DNA of 56,876 nucleotides from Coriobacteriia bacterium (GTDB taxonomy: Bacteria; Actinomycetota; Coriobacteriia; Anaerosomatales; PHET01), in the NCBI GenBank assembly GCA_038202795.1, contig JBBREQ010000001.1:1-56876 (forward strand), read 5' to 3'. Shown here piece after piece: positions 15,511-24,580 of the stretch. The translations under genes were made by a program, and so were the position numbers. The notes beneath the pieces were generated by a model. That model was not told where the DNA came from and ran no database searches. It saw only the letters and a program-made list of their open reading frames with translations. The first letter of the stretch is position 1. The number at the start of each line of letters is the position of its first letter.

Positions 15511-16530
15511 GTGCTCGAAGCCCTCGGCACCGTCTTGAGCTGGTTGAACGAGAACCTCCTCAAGATGACCTGGCTCAACGACCTTGTCGGCCGACTTGTT
15601 CAAGATGTGCTCGGGCTATCGCTGACGAGCAGGTTGGGTACGAGCATCCAGTTCTTCATCTACGACTCGGTCAAGATCTTCGTGCTGCTCTCCGCGCTCA
15701 TCTTCGCCATCTCGTATGTGCAAAGCTACTTCCCGCCTGAGCGCACCAAGGCGATCCTCGGCCGCTTCAATGGTGTCGGGGGCATGGTCCTTGGGGCGTT
15801 GCTGGGCACGATCACACCGTTTTGCTCGTGCTCCTCCATCCCGTTGTTCATTGGGTTCACCTCCGCGGGTCTGCCCCTTGGCGTGACGTTCGCGTTCCTG
15901 ATCTCTTCGCCGCTTGTCGACCTCGCGTCGGTGATGCTGCTTGCGAGCATCTTCAACTGGACCACGGCGATCGCCTACGTCGTCATGGGTCTCCTTCTGG
16001 CGGTCCTCGGCGGCGCGACCATCAGTGCATTGAAGCTCGAGCGCTATGTCGAGCCCTTCGTGTTCGGGACTCATCTGGCCGATGCGGAGCTGCCCGAGCT
16101 GACGAGGCGAGATCGCATCTCGTTCGCGCGCGAGCAGGTCGCCGACATTGTGAGGCGGGTGTGGAAGTACGTTCTCATCGGCGTAGGAATCGGGGCTGTG
16201 ATCCATGGGTGGATACCGGGTGAGTTCATCTCGGCGGTCCTTGGTGATCAGAACCCGTTTGCGGTGATCATCGCAACGGCGATCGGGGTGCCGATGTACG
16301 CCGACATCTTCGGTACCCTGCCCATCGCCGAGGCGCTCGTGGGCAAGGGCGTCGGCTTGGGTACGGTCCTGGCGTTCATGATGGCCGTAACGGCGTTGTC
16401 GCTCCCGTCGCTCATCATGCTCAAGAAGGTGGTGAAGACCCCGCTGCTCGCGGCGTTCTTCACGATCGTGGTCACCGGCATCATCATCATCGGCTACACA
16501 TTCAACGCCTTTGGTAGGTTGCTGGTCTAA
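15511..16530 (+). CDS. DUF318/ArsP-like permease
   Basis: 339 aa, polytopic, with the TPFCSCSSIPLFIGF Cys motif characteristic of this permease family. Confidence 0.85.
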   Translation: MLEALGTVLSWLNENLLKMTWLNDLVGRLVQDVLGLSLTSRLGTSIQFFIYDSVKIFVLLSALIFAISYVQSYFPPERTKAILGRFNGVGGMVLGALLGTITPFCSCSSIPLFIGFTSAGLPLGVTFAFLISSPLVDLASVMLLASIFNWTTAIAYVVMGLLLAVLGGATISALKLERYVEPFVFGTHLADAELPELTRRDRISFAREQVADIVRRVWKYVLIGVGIGAVIHGWIPGEFISAVLGDQNPFAVIIATAIGVPMYADIFGTLPIAEALVGKGVGLGTVLAFMMAVTALSLPSLIMLKKVVKTPLLAAFFTIVVTGIIIIGYTFNAFGRLLV

Positions 16531-16574
16531 CGGGACGCAGGCACGCGGCCCTCTCCGAAGTAGTGAGGATCGAC

Positions 16575-17087
16575 ATGGCCGACAAGGACGAACTTCAAGA
16601 GACGACGGAGCCGGGGGCGCCTGGGCCCCGGGTGTTCTCGACAAAGCTCGTCGTGGCGCTGGTCGTCGTGGCGGTGTTCGCAGGCGTTCTGGTCGCCAAG
16701 GCCCTCGCGCCCGATCCGCAAGCGGATTCCGGTGCTGGGGAATCTGCATCAATCACGTCCACCCGCACGGATGCTACGGCCGACTACGAGGCGGCCCTCA
16801 AATCGGGCAAGCCGATCTACGTACTGTTCCACTCGCTCACTTGACAGTCATGCCTCGATATCTCGGCGGTCGCCGACAAGGTCATGCCTTCCTATGCTGA
16901 CAAGATCGTCTTTGTGAACGCCATCACCGACGATTCGTCGGCGCAGCGACTCGCAGCCAAGTTCTCGTTCCAAGGGATTCCAACATCGTTCTTCCTGTCC
17001 GCCGACGGGCAGGTCGTCGAGGGTTACACCGGCGCGTTGACCGAGCAAGATCTGCGGGCGCGGTTGGACAGGCTGGCCAGCCAGTGA
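16575..17087 (+). CDS. Membrane-anchored thioredoxin-fold protein with in-frame TGA at 16842..16844 (candidate selenocysteine, UxxC)
   Basis: Track ORFs 16563..16844 and 16884..17087 share one frame and are separated only by this TGA. Read-through gives an N-terminal TM anchor, then ...GKPIYVLFHSLT-[TGA]-QSC-LDISAVADKVMPSYADKIVFVNAITDD...GIPTSFFLSADGQVV. The TGA aligns with the first Cys of the thioredoxin WCxxC motif. The alternative is a nonsense pseudogene. Confidence 0.55.
16849..16886 (+). promoter_or_regulatory. SECIS-like stem-loop downstream of the in-frame TGA
   Basis: Upper stem UCGGC (16863..16867) / GCCGA (16872..16876) with apical loop GGUC (16868..16871). Lower stem CAUGCC (16849..16854) / GG(U)CAUG (16880..16886). 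The loop starts at +27 from the U of UGA. Confidence 0.4.
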
Positions 17088-17788
17088 ACATCGATGCCCT
17101 TGCCGATGGGCTCGGCACGAGCGCTGCCTGGGGGCCGCTCGGCTTCGGCATCGCATTCCTCGGGGGTTTGGTCGCGGGGCTCGGGCCCTGCGTCCTTCCC
17201 ATGATTCCGGCCGTGTTCGGGTACGTGACGGGGCGGGTTGCTGAGTCGGAGGACACGCCGCCGCTCATGCTGGGGCTGGCGCTCTCGGCGGTGTTCGTAC
17301 TCGGAATGAGCCTGGTGTTCGCAACCATCGGTGCGATCGCCGGCCTCATCGGACATGCACTGATCGTGGGCGAGTGGGCCTACTACATCGTGGCGGCGAT
17401 ATGCGTGGTGATCGGTCTGCAGATGTTGGAGGTCATCAACCTGCCGGTTGATCGGCTGAACAGATGGCTACCCGTCAGGAGGCCGGAACGTCGAGGTGCC
17501 CTTGGGGCCCTGCTATTCGGGATGCTGTTTGGCCTGGTGGCGACGCCGTGCTCGACTCCTATCCTTGCGGCGATCGCTGCAATGGCGGCAACCACAGGAA
17601 ACGCCCTGAAGGGCGCGGCTCTTCTGTTCGCTTACGGCTTGGGCAAAGGCACGCCTTTGTTGCTCCTGGGCGTCGCATCCAGCTCGCTCGTGTTCATGCG
17701 GTCGGTTTCCAAGTACACGCCGGCCCTGACGAAGCTCGGCGGCGTCGGGGTACTGGGTGCCGGTGCGTATCTTCTGTGGATTGCCTGA
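17084..17788 (+). CDS. ccdA: CcdA/DsbD-family thiol:disulfide electron-transfer membrane protein
   Basis: GTG overlaps the upstream stop (GTGA). Motif GLVAGLGPCVLPMIPAVFGYV and a second conserved Cys in ATPCSTPIL. Confidence 0.85.
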   Translation: MNIDALADGLGTSAAWGPLGFGIAFLGGLVAGLGPCVLPMIPAVFGYVTGRVAESEDTPPLMLGLALSAVFVLGMSLVFATIGAIAGLIGHALIVGEWAYYIVAAICVVIGLQMLEVINLPVDRLNRWLPVRRPERRGALGALLFGMLFGLVATPCSTPILAAIAAMAATTGNALKGAALLFAYGLGKGTPLLLLGVASSSLVFMRSVSKYTPALTKLGGVGVLGAGAYLLWIA

Positions 17789-18074
17789 CCAGAGCTTGCA
17801 GCGTCGCCCTTCGATACGGTCTCGCTCCTTGACGGTGATCTCACCGGTCATCGAGGGATGGATCATGCAGGAGTACGGGAAACTCCCCGTTTCAGTCGAT
17901 AGACAGGGAAGTGCCTCGACGGGTTCCGGCGCGCTCGTAGTTTCACCGGCTCGTCGGAGCGCTCGCGTATGACGGCCGCCCCTCGGGCTTTACAGATGGT
18001 GCTTATGAGTATACGCTCCGCGGATTGCCGCACGTTTGCTGCGGCTATTCATCCATCAGAGTGGGGGGAACTCT

Positions 18075-20855
18075 ATGCAACATCGTCATGTCTCGCGTTC
18101 GCGCAGGTGGACGTCGCTGCTGCTAGCCGTAGCAATGTGCTTGAGCTTGGTGCCGGGCGCAGCATCGGCGGCGCCTGTCCTGGTGGAGGCACCGGGTTCG
18201 TACTCGGTCAGCAACTTCGCCGACCTGCAGGCCGGACTAGCCGACGCGTCCATGACGACGATCACGTTGAGCGAGGACATCACGTCCACCGCGCAGCTGC
18301 ATGTGACCCGCGCTGTGACGATTGACGGCGCCGGACACCGCCTCGCGGTCGGCACGACTCTGCCGACAGCCAACGGCAGCAAGCATGCAATCTCCTTCGA
18401 GGCCTCTCAGAGCCCTGCGCTCGTCAAGAACCTGACGATCGACAGCGCTGGACGCGCTCATGGCGTCAACACCTATAACAACGCAGTCGTGACGTTTGAG
18501 AATGTCACATTGAAGAACAGCCGCGGCGCGGGTCTGACCGTCAACGGTTCAACGGCTGCCGCGACCAACCTCAACACCAGCGGAAACGCGTGGGGCGCAG
18601 TCAATGTCGATCCCGGCAGCGGCGTCAACACGCCTTCTGTCTTCACGCTCGTAAGCGGCGCTTTGGCCGAGACGAAAAAGATCTGGTCCGACGGCTCCCA
18701 CGTGACCCCTGTCGCCACGGTGACTGTCAACGCGCCGTCCACCTACGTTGAGTGCATCATCTTGGGCGTCAGGTGCTGGGCTCCGGCAGTCAACGTCAGC
18801 GCGACTGCTGGTGCTCATGGCGCGGTTTCGCCCGCAGTCCAGAACGTGGACCCCGGCGCGGCGGCGACCACGGTGACAATCACGCCCGACACGGGCTATT
18901 ACTGCTCCGAGCTTCTGATCGACGATGTTGCGACCGCACCCACGGGCGCCTACAAGATCGCCAACGTCGGACTGACCAGCCACACGGTGAAGGCGTCTTT
19001 CGCCCCTCTGACTCCCTTCGAGACGTTCGATTTCTCTCCGGTTCTCGCCAGCACCAAGACGAACGGCGCATGGTACACCGACCGCTACGCTCCGGCTGGG
19101 TTTGCAAAGTCCGCGTCCGACGGCGACAAGCGACTGAAGCTCTCGCTCAGCTCGGCTGACGCGCTCGCAAACCGCCCGTCGAACTACCAGAGCACTTTCT
19201 ACAACACGCAGGGCCGCAACTTCGACCTGCCGTACCTCTCCAACTTCGCTGCTGCGGATCTCTTCATCGGGTCCGACTGGGACACGCAGGACCGCCGCGC
19301 CGACTTCTGGGCCAACGGCGTCGATGCCGGTGGCGCCATCGTGGGCTACCCGATCATCGGCTTCCTCAAGGGGACGGGTTTCCGCGTGTGGGACAACTTG
19401 GGCTGGCACGTCGTGGGCTTCCCCGCTGGTTTCGAGTATGGCAAGTGGTACAGCCTGCGTATGCAGTTCAACCCAGGCTCCGTCACCTACTACGTCGACG
19501 ATCAGCTGGTGTATGTCTCGAACTCCGTTGACGATGTGGATATGGCCGACTGCGTGGGCTTCGACAACGTCAAGCTGCAGGCCTACAACTTCGGCGAGTC
19601 CTACGACGTCTACTTCGACAACGTCGCCCCGATGCCCTCGACCCCCGCGCCCTTCACGGTCGCGACCAGCGCCGGAGCCAACGGCTCAGTCTCGCCGATG
19701 AACCCGGGCGTCGATGCCGGTGACGACATCACCGTCGCAGTCACGCCTGACACCGGTTACCACATCGCCGACGTAGTCGTCGATGGAGGGTCCGTCGGTG
19801 CGAGCAGCAGCGTCGTCTTCTCGGACGTGGATGCGAACCACGAGGTTTCTGTCACCTTCGCAATCAACTCCTACACGCTCACCGGCAGCGCGGGATCCGC
19901 AGGCTGGATCACGCCCGAAGGTGTCGCGTCCAAGACCTACGGCTCGGACGCCACGTACGTGTTCACGCCGTTCCCCGGCTACCACGTGGCCGATGTCCTC
20001 GTGGATGGATTCTCTGTGGGTGCAGTGGCCAGCTACACGTTCAACGACGTCGCTGCAGACCACGCAATCGCCGTCACGTTCGCACAGAACACCTACATGG
20101 TCGCAAGCGCAGTCGGTGCGAACGGCTCTGCGACCTGGAGTGGATCGCGGTGGGTCGCCGAGGCGTCGAACCTGACCGTGTTCTTCACTCCCGATGAGGG
20201 ATGCCGTGTCGAAGACGTCAAGGTCGACGGCGTATCGCAAGGTGCCATTTCGTCTTACGTCTTCGCGAATATCTACGCGCACCACACGATCGCAGTAACG
20301 TTTGCGAAGAGGACCTATGTCGTCGCGGTGGCCGCCGGCGCCAATGGAGCTATCTCACCCAGCACGCAGACGGTCGACTACGGGTCGGATTCCGTCTTCG
20401 CGATCACCCCTGCTAAGGGCTACCACGTGTCCGCAGTGCTCGTGAACGGTAACCCTGTCGGCGCCGTGACGTCCTACGCATTCCAGAATGTCACCGCGAA
20501 CCAGACTATCTCTGCGGTGTTCACGGCCAACCCGGGAGTGTCGCTCACCAAGCCGAAGGCACCGACCTACGCCTCGAAGAACTCGTACTTCACGGCGTAC
20601 GGATACCTGCAGCCCAAACACACAAGCGGTACGTATCCTGTCCGCATCTACAAGTGGAAGAAGACATCGTCCGGCACGTGGAAGTCCTACGGCTACGTGA
20701 AGGCCAAGGCATCCAACTACTTGAGCTACACGAAGTACGCTGGTTCGCTGCGGCTCAGCTCCAAGGGTGTGTGGCAACTCAGGGCCTATTCGCCGGCGGA
20801 TTCCAAGCACTCAGCCACATGGTCGACGCGTAGCGACTACGTGACCGTGAAGTAG
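18075..20855 (+). CDS. Large secreted multi-domain surface protein (beta-helix, LamG-like region, InlB-B-type repeats, C-terminal YVTVK module)
   Basis: ATG at 18075 follows GGGGGGA. Signal peptide ends ...PGAASAAP. The N-terminus has parallel-beta-helix-like NxTLxN repeats. About five ~78-aa repeats follow (ANG(A/S)xSP...TPD(T/K)GYHxxxVxVDGxxVG...YxFxxVxAxHxIxVTFA). Confidence 0.8.
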   Translation: MQHRHVSRSRRWTSLLLAVAMCLSLVPGAASAAPVLVEAPGSYSVSNFADLQAGLADASMTTITLSEDITSTAQLHVTRAVTIDGAGHRLAVGTTLPTANGSKHAISFEASQSPALVKNLTIDSAGRAHGVNTYNNAVVTFENVTLKNSRGAGLTVNGSTAAATNLNTSGNAWGAVNVDPGSGVNTPSVFTLVSGALAETKKIWSDGSHVTPVATVTVNAPSTYVECIILGVRCWAPAVNVSATAGAHGAVSPAVQNVDPGAAATTVTITPDTGYYCSELLIDDVATAPTGAYKIANVGLTSHTVKASFAPLTPFETFDFSPVLASTKTNGAWYTDRYAPAGFAKSASDGDKRLKLSLSSADALANRPSNYQSTFYNTQGRNFDLPYLSNFAAADLFIGSDWDTQDRRADFWANGVDAGGAIVGYPIIGFLKGTGFRVWDNLGWHVVGFPAGFEYGKWYSLRMQFNPGSVTYYVDDQLVYVSNSVDDVDMADCVGFDNVKLQAYNFGESYDVYFDNVAPMPSTPAPFTVATSAGANGSVSPMNPGVDAGDDITVAVTPDTGYHIADVVVDGGSVGASSSVVFSDVDANHEVSVTFAINSYTLTGSAGSAGWITPEGVASKTYGSDATYVFTPFPGYHVADVLVDGFSVGAVASYTFNDVAADHAIAVTFAQNTYMVASAVGANGSATWSGSRWVAEASNLTVFFTPDEGCRVEDVKVDGVSQGAISSYVFANIYAHHTIAVTFAKRTYVVAVAAGANGAISPSTQTVDYGSDSVFAITPAKGYHVSAVLVNGNPVGAVTSYAFQNVTANQTISAVFTANPGVSLTKPKAPTYASKNSYFTAYGYLQPKHTSGTYPVRIYKWKKTSSGTWKSYGYVKAKASNYLSYTKYAGSLRLSSKGVWQLRAYSPADSKHSATWSTRSDYVTVK

Positions 20856-20991
20856 TCATCGAACCACGGTTTTGACATGCGCGATGAGCCAGGAGTCATC
20901 CCTAGGTGGCTCCTGTTTCATCGCCCGTGAGCGAGTCTGACCATGATGCGGTACTGTCTATGGCATCCCCTAGAACGTCGGAGGCTCTGGA

Positions 20992-21600
20992 ATGACCAAA
21001 CACACTCGATACCGATTCGGCGCGGTTGTGCTGATTGCCGGGTTGGTGCTGTCGGCATCAGTCCTCGCCGGCTGCACGAAAGACGAGGCGGCGAAACCGG
21101 CGGCGAGTCTGAGGCCCACCGTGCTAGGTAGTCTCGCGGTTGCTCAATCCGCGTTATCCACTCTCGCCCCTGACGCGAAGCTGCTTGTCGTGCAGACCGC
21201 CCAGGCAGCCGTGCCCACCGCCACACCGTCCTGGGTCTACCTGTTCGGCTCGCCCAAGACCGGGAAGACGTACGCCGTCTACGTCGCGGAAGGCAAGTCC
21301 ATGGGCGCCCAGGAGTATGGGGATGCGGGTCTTGAGGACGACGAGTGGTCCAAGGTTCCGAAGACGGTTCCCTGGAAGGTGGACAGCGATGTCGCCTACA
21401 ACAAGGCGCTCGCGGCGAGCGGAGCAAAAGGCGACCCTCTCGCCTATGTCATGGGCATGATGACCTTCAAACCCGTCACCGACACGTCCACCATCGAGCC
21501 ATACGTGTGGAACGTGCAGTTCGATCCAGGCACGAGCGGTGCGACGACGAGCACCATCGAAGTTGACGCCAACACGGGGACGACGGCAGTCACGAAGTAG
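20992..21600 (+). CDS. Lipoprotein, hypothetical (two PepSY-like halves)
   Basis: RBS GGAGG. Lipobox VLAGC after a hydrophobic signal sequence. 202 aa. Confidence 0.7.
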   Translation: MTKHTRYRFGAVVLIAGLVLSASVLAGCTKDEAAKPAASLRPTVLGSLAVAQSALSTLAPDAKLLVVQTAQAAVPTATPSWVYLFGSPKTGKTYAVYVAEGKSMGAQEYGDAGLEDDEWSKVPKTVPWKVDSDVAYNKALAASGAKGDPLAYVMGMMTFKPVTDTSTIEPYVWNVQFDPGTSGATTSTIEVDANTGTTAVTK

Positions 21601-21715
21601 GGTGAGCTCCCCCTGAGCGATATTCCCGTGTAGCCCCTGGGTGCGGCATACTATGCTTGGTAGCGTTTTCGCTCATAAGGCCTGAGCGAATTCCCAGCGG
21701 CGCTCGGGAGTAACT

Positions 21716-22921
21716 GTGCGGATTACAACGAACCAGCATCTGTCGCGTCTCACAGCGGTAATCGTGCTGTGTGCGCTGCTGTTGCCTTCGGTCGCTTGGG
21801 GAGCGCCCACGGCGGGTTCACAGGCCGAGATCGATGCCAAGAAGGCGGCTCAGGACTCAACCACCGCGGCGCTTCAGCAGTCGCAGCTCGAGTTGAACAT
21901 CAAGACAGCCGAGTACATCGAAGGTGCGCGCGAACTCGAGCGGACGCAGGCCGAGATCTCTGAGGTCACGACACAGATCGCCGAGCTGGACACATCTGTC
22001 TTGCGCGCCGAGACAGCGCTCGTTCAGCGTGCGGTCGAGCTGTACCGCGGCGACCGGCTGGGTTTGATAGCGCTGTTGCTCGACGCCCGCTCGATAGCCG
22101 ATTTCATGACGCGGGCCAATTACCTGGTCGCCATAAACGGTCGCGACGCGCAGATGGTCACCGGGCTTCGCCAAGCACGAGCGGAGAGCGCATGGCTTCA
22201 CGAGCACCTGGCAGAGCGCATCGCGCGGCTCGAGACATTGCAGGCCGCTACCGAGGCCCAGGTCAAAGATCTTGAGAAGCGCGCCGAGGAACAGGAAAAG
22301 AAGGCCGCGGAACTCGGCGAGGATCTGGCGGAGCTGCAACGGCGCGTCAGGGAGTTCGCGGGAGGAGAGGCGTCTGGCTACTTCAACCCCGACACTATCA
22401 TCTCTGATGCCAACTACCGCGATGTCAACTCCATGACCACAGACGAAATTCAAGCGTTTCTGGAGGGCAAGCCTGGCGTCTTGGGCACGTACCGCGCAAA
22501 GGATCACAACGGCACCATGAAGAGCGCCGCCGAGATGATCGCCGAGGCGGCCCTGAACTTCGACATCAGCCCCAAGGTCATTCTCGCGACACTGCAGAAG
22601 GAGTCGTCGTTAGTCGAGAAGCACATTCCGTCGCACTACCGGAAGGCTATGGGCGCAGGGTGGGGCGACAGCTACACCAATCTGCAATACGACTCGTTCG
22701 GGAAGCAGATCTGGTGGGGCACGCAGAAGCTCGACAACAACGCGGGCTCGTGGCGTCCCGGCATCGAGCGCACGATCGACGGCAACGTTGTTCGCCCGAC
22801 CAACGTTGCCACATGGTCGTTGTACAAGTACACGCCGCACCGTAGGGGCAACGAGTCGTTCTGGAAGATCTACTGGCGCTACTTCGGGGATCCGGTTGCG
22901 GCCTCGACTGCCAGGCCTTAG
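21716..22921 (+). CDS. Secreted coiled-coil protein with C-terminal putative glycosidase/transglycosylase-like domain
   Basis: GTG follows GGGAG. A signal peptide is followed by a ~190-aa heptad-rich region resembling PcsB/CwlO N-termini. The C-terminal domain carries ILATLQKESSLV (an E-S motif as in SLT-type lysozyme folds). Confidence 0.65.
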   Translation: MRITTNQHLSRLTAVIVLCALLLPSVAWGAPTAGSQAEIDAKKAAQDSTTAALQQSQLELNIKTAEYIEGARELERTQAEISEVTTQIAELDTSVLRAETALVQRAVELYRGDRLGLIALLLDARSIADFMTRANYLVAINGRDAQMVTGLRQARAESAWLHEHLAERIARLETLQAATEAQVKDLEKRAEEQEKKAAELGEDLAELQRRVREFAGGEASGYFNPDTIISDANYRDVNSMTTDEIQAFLEGKPGVLGTYRAKDHNGTMKSAAEMIAEAALNFDISPKVILATLQKESSLVEKHIPSHYRKAMGAGWGDSYTNLQYDSFGKQIWWGTQKLDNNAGSWRPGIERTIDGNVVRPTNVATWSLYKYTPHRRGNESFWKIYWRYFGDPVAASTARP

Positions 22922-22946
22922 TCTCCCCAGCAGCAGCACCAAGTCA

Positions 22947-22977
22947 AGAACCCCGCCGGTCTTCTCGGCGGGGTTCT
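22947..22977. terminator. Bidirectional terminator between convergent genes
   Basis: Perfect 12-bp stem AGAACCCCGCCG / CGGCGGGGTTCT with a 7-nt loop. Confidence 0.7.
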
Positions 22978-23002
22978 GTGTTAGTCGAGGTTCCGAGTTG
23001 GT

Positions 23003-24388
23003 CTAGTGCGGTATGAACGATGCTCGGCTTGAGCGGCTGTAGCGGCCCGAGTACGTCATGCCCTTTACGTAGACGCGATGGCCCTTGGCTGCGCTGCCTA
23101 TGTTCATCGACGTGTATGCGTAGCCCTTCGAGTTGGTCACGGTCTTGGTGGTCACGGTATTGGACTTGAAGTACCACTTGAAGGTGACGGGCAGGCCAGC
23201 GACAGCATTGCCCTTGGTGTCGCGGAACCGTGTATACGCCTTGACCCGCGTGTTGCGCTTGGGCCGGTTGTTCGGGATGGTGGTCTTGACGCCAGCTTTG
23301 GCCGTTGCGAGCACGGGCGTGGGCATGTACCAGGTTGCAGATGTCGCGACCCCCCCACTTGCGTGAGACCGGGCAGTCATGGTGCGCCTTCTCATGAGCG
23401 GCACGCCAGTGCCGGGCGCCTGCCAGTTGTAGGCGAGGCCGTTGGCGTCTGTGTAGGCGACGTAGGACTTTGTGCCGGTCGCGAACGGCCAGCTGAAGGT
23501 GACCGCGACGCCGCGCATGGGGTTGCCGTTGGCGTCGTAGCAATAGGTCTGACTACAGATCTTGTCCGTACTGAAGCTGCTGCCCCTGCGCGGATAGTAG
23601 TACGTCATCTTCATCATCTTCTGCCTCATCGTCGCCGGCGGCTGGGCGAGGCCCTTGCCGGCGGGAATGGCAGCGACGATATCGGCGAGGTCGTTGGTCG
23701 CTCGGTTGAGTACGTATCCGGTGATGTCGCGGGCGGCACCCTCGACCCTGGAGTTATGCGCCCTGTATGACGCATCGAGCGCAGGGTACTTACTGCGCGC
23801 GTAGAGTGCCGCGCTCACGGCTGACGCCCGCACGTCGGTCACGTCCTTGCGGTTCCACGTGTCCAGCCACCCTGTGCTCTGGCCGTAGCTTCGCGTGAGG
23901 TCGCTGACGTCGATCTCGTAGGGGTTGTGTCGGCCGTTGAGGCCGGAGGCACCTCGGGTGTCGGTGTGGTACGGCTGAGTGATATCGCTGTAGTAGTGCG
24001 ACATCACCCCCAAGTGACGGCTCGCCGTGACGTAGTCGCCGTTCCTATAGGCGGCCATGAGCTTGTAGTACTCGTCGGCGACCGTCTGCGGGCCGCCCTG
24101 AGCGGCACCGTATTCCATGTAGGTGTGCAGGTACGTCGAGGTTTGGGTCGATCGGTAGTCCGGATCGTCGCTCGCTTGAAGCGCGACATCAACATTGATC
24201 CAACTCGTGTCGGCGCCGCTCTTGGCCGCCATGTTGATCGCGTGGTCGAGCACCCAGTCGTGAGTCGCGTATCCGTCGCCCACCTGACCGTCACCCTCGC
24301 CGCCGTTACCCCACCCGAACGCGGGGGTCGCGGCGAGAGCGGCGAGGGTGAGTGTTGTGAGCGCGATGGCTGCTACTTTGCGAAACAT
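23003..24388 (-). CDS. Secreted zinc-dependent phospholipase C-domain protein with C-terminal Ig-like repeats (paralog of 790..2481)
   Basis: ATG at 24388 lies 8 nt after AGGAG. Signal peptide ends ...ATPAFG-W. Motifs GYATHDWVLDHAINMAA and HYYSDITQPYH. C-terminal repeats: VTFKWYFKSNTVTTKTVTNSKGYAYTS... Confidence 0.75.
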   Translation of the reverse strand: MFRKVAAIALTTLTLAALAATPAFGWGNGGEGDGQVGDGYATHDWVLDHAINMAAKSGADTSWINVDVALQASDDPDYRSTQTSTYLHTYMEYGAAQGGPQTVADEYYKLMAAYRNGDYVTASRHLGVMSHYYSDITQPYHTDTRGASGLNGRHNPYEIDVSDLTRSYGQSTGWLDTWNRKDVTDVRASAVSAALYARSKYPALDASYRAHNSRVEGAARDITGYVLNRATNDLADIVAAIPAGKGLAQPPATMRQKMMKMTYYYPRRGSSFSTDKICSQTYCYDANGNPMRGVAVTFSWPFATGTKSYVAYTDANGLAYNWQAPGTGVPLMRRRTMTARSHASGGVATSATWYMPTPVLATAKAGVKTTIPNNRPKRNTRVKAYTRFRDTKGNAVAGLPVTFKWYFKSNTVTTKTVTNSKGYAYTSMNIGSAAKGHRVYVKGMTYSGRYSRSSRASFIPH

Positions 24389-24580
24389 GGCTTCCACTCC
24401 TAGGCGAATAATCGGCATGATGATGCACTTCTCATATCGGCATCGCCTAGGGGGCACCTTAGCAGTTGCCGCGTACATTCAGGGCGGACTGTTGCCTGCC
24501 TGTGACCCACGTCACAGGAGCGACTCCCACGGGTAGATACTCAGCAGGTCCGTGATGCACAGCAGAGGGTGGAGTCAGTA

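Noticed and set aside
15616-16752. 378-aa ORF on the minus strand
   Set aside because: Antisense to the DUF318 permease gene. The translation is extremely Arg/Asp/His-rich and not protein-like.
17789-18074. 286-nt intergenic region inspected for an sRNA, a riboswitch or a small ORF
   Set aside because: Only short weak hairpins are present. There is no conserved motif I recognise and no convincing RBS-plus-ORF. It is most likely the promoter/5' UTR of the large surface-protein gene.
21601-21715. c-di-AMP (ydaO-type) riboswitch upstream of wall-hydrolase genes; also checked at 37762..37892 and 47450..47648
   Set aside because: I looked for the conserved GGGGA...CCCA and pseudo-symmetric ACGR blocks and did not find them. 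The leaders are also shorter than typical ydaO elements. 21601..21715 does contain a duplicated GAGCGA(T)ATTCCC box, but nothing matches a known RNA family that I can recall.
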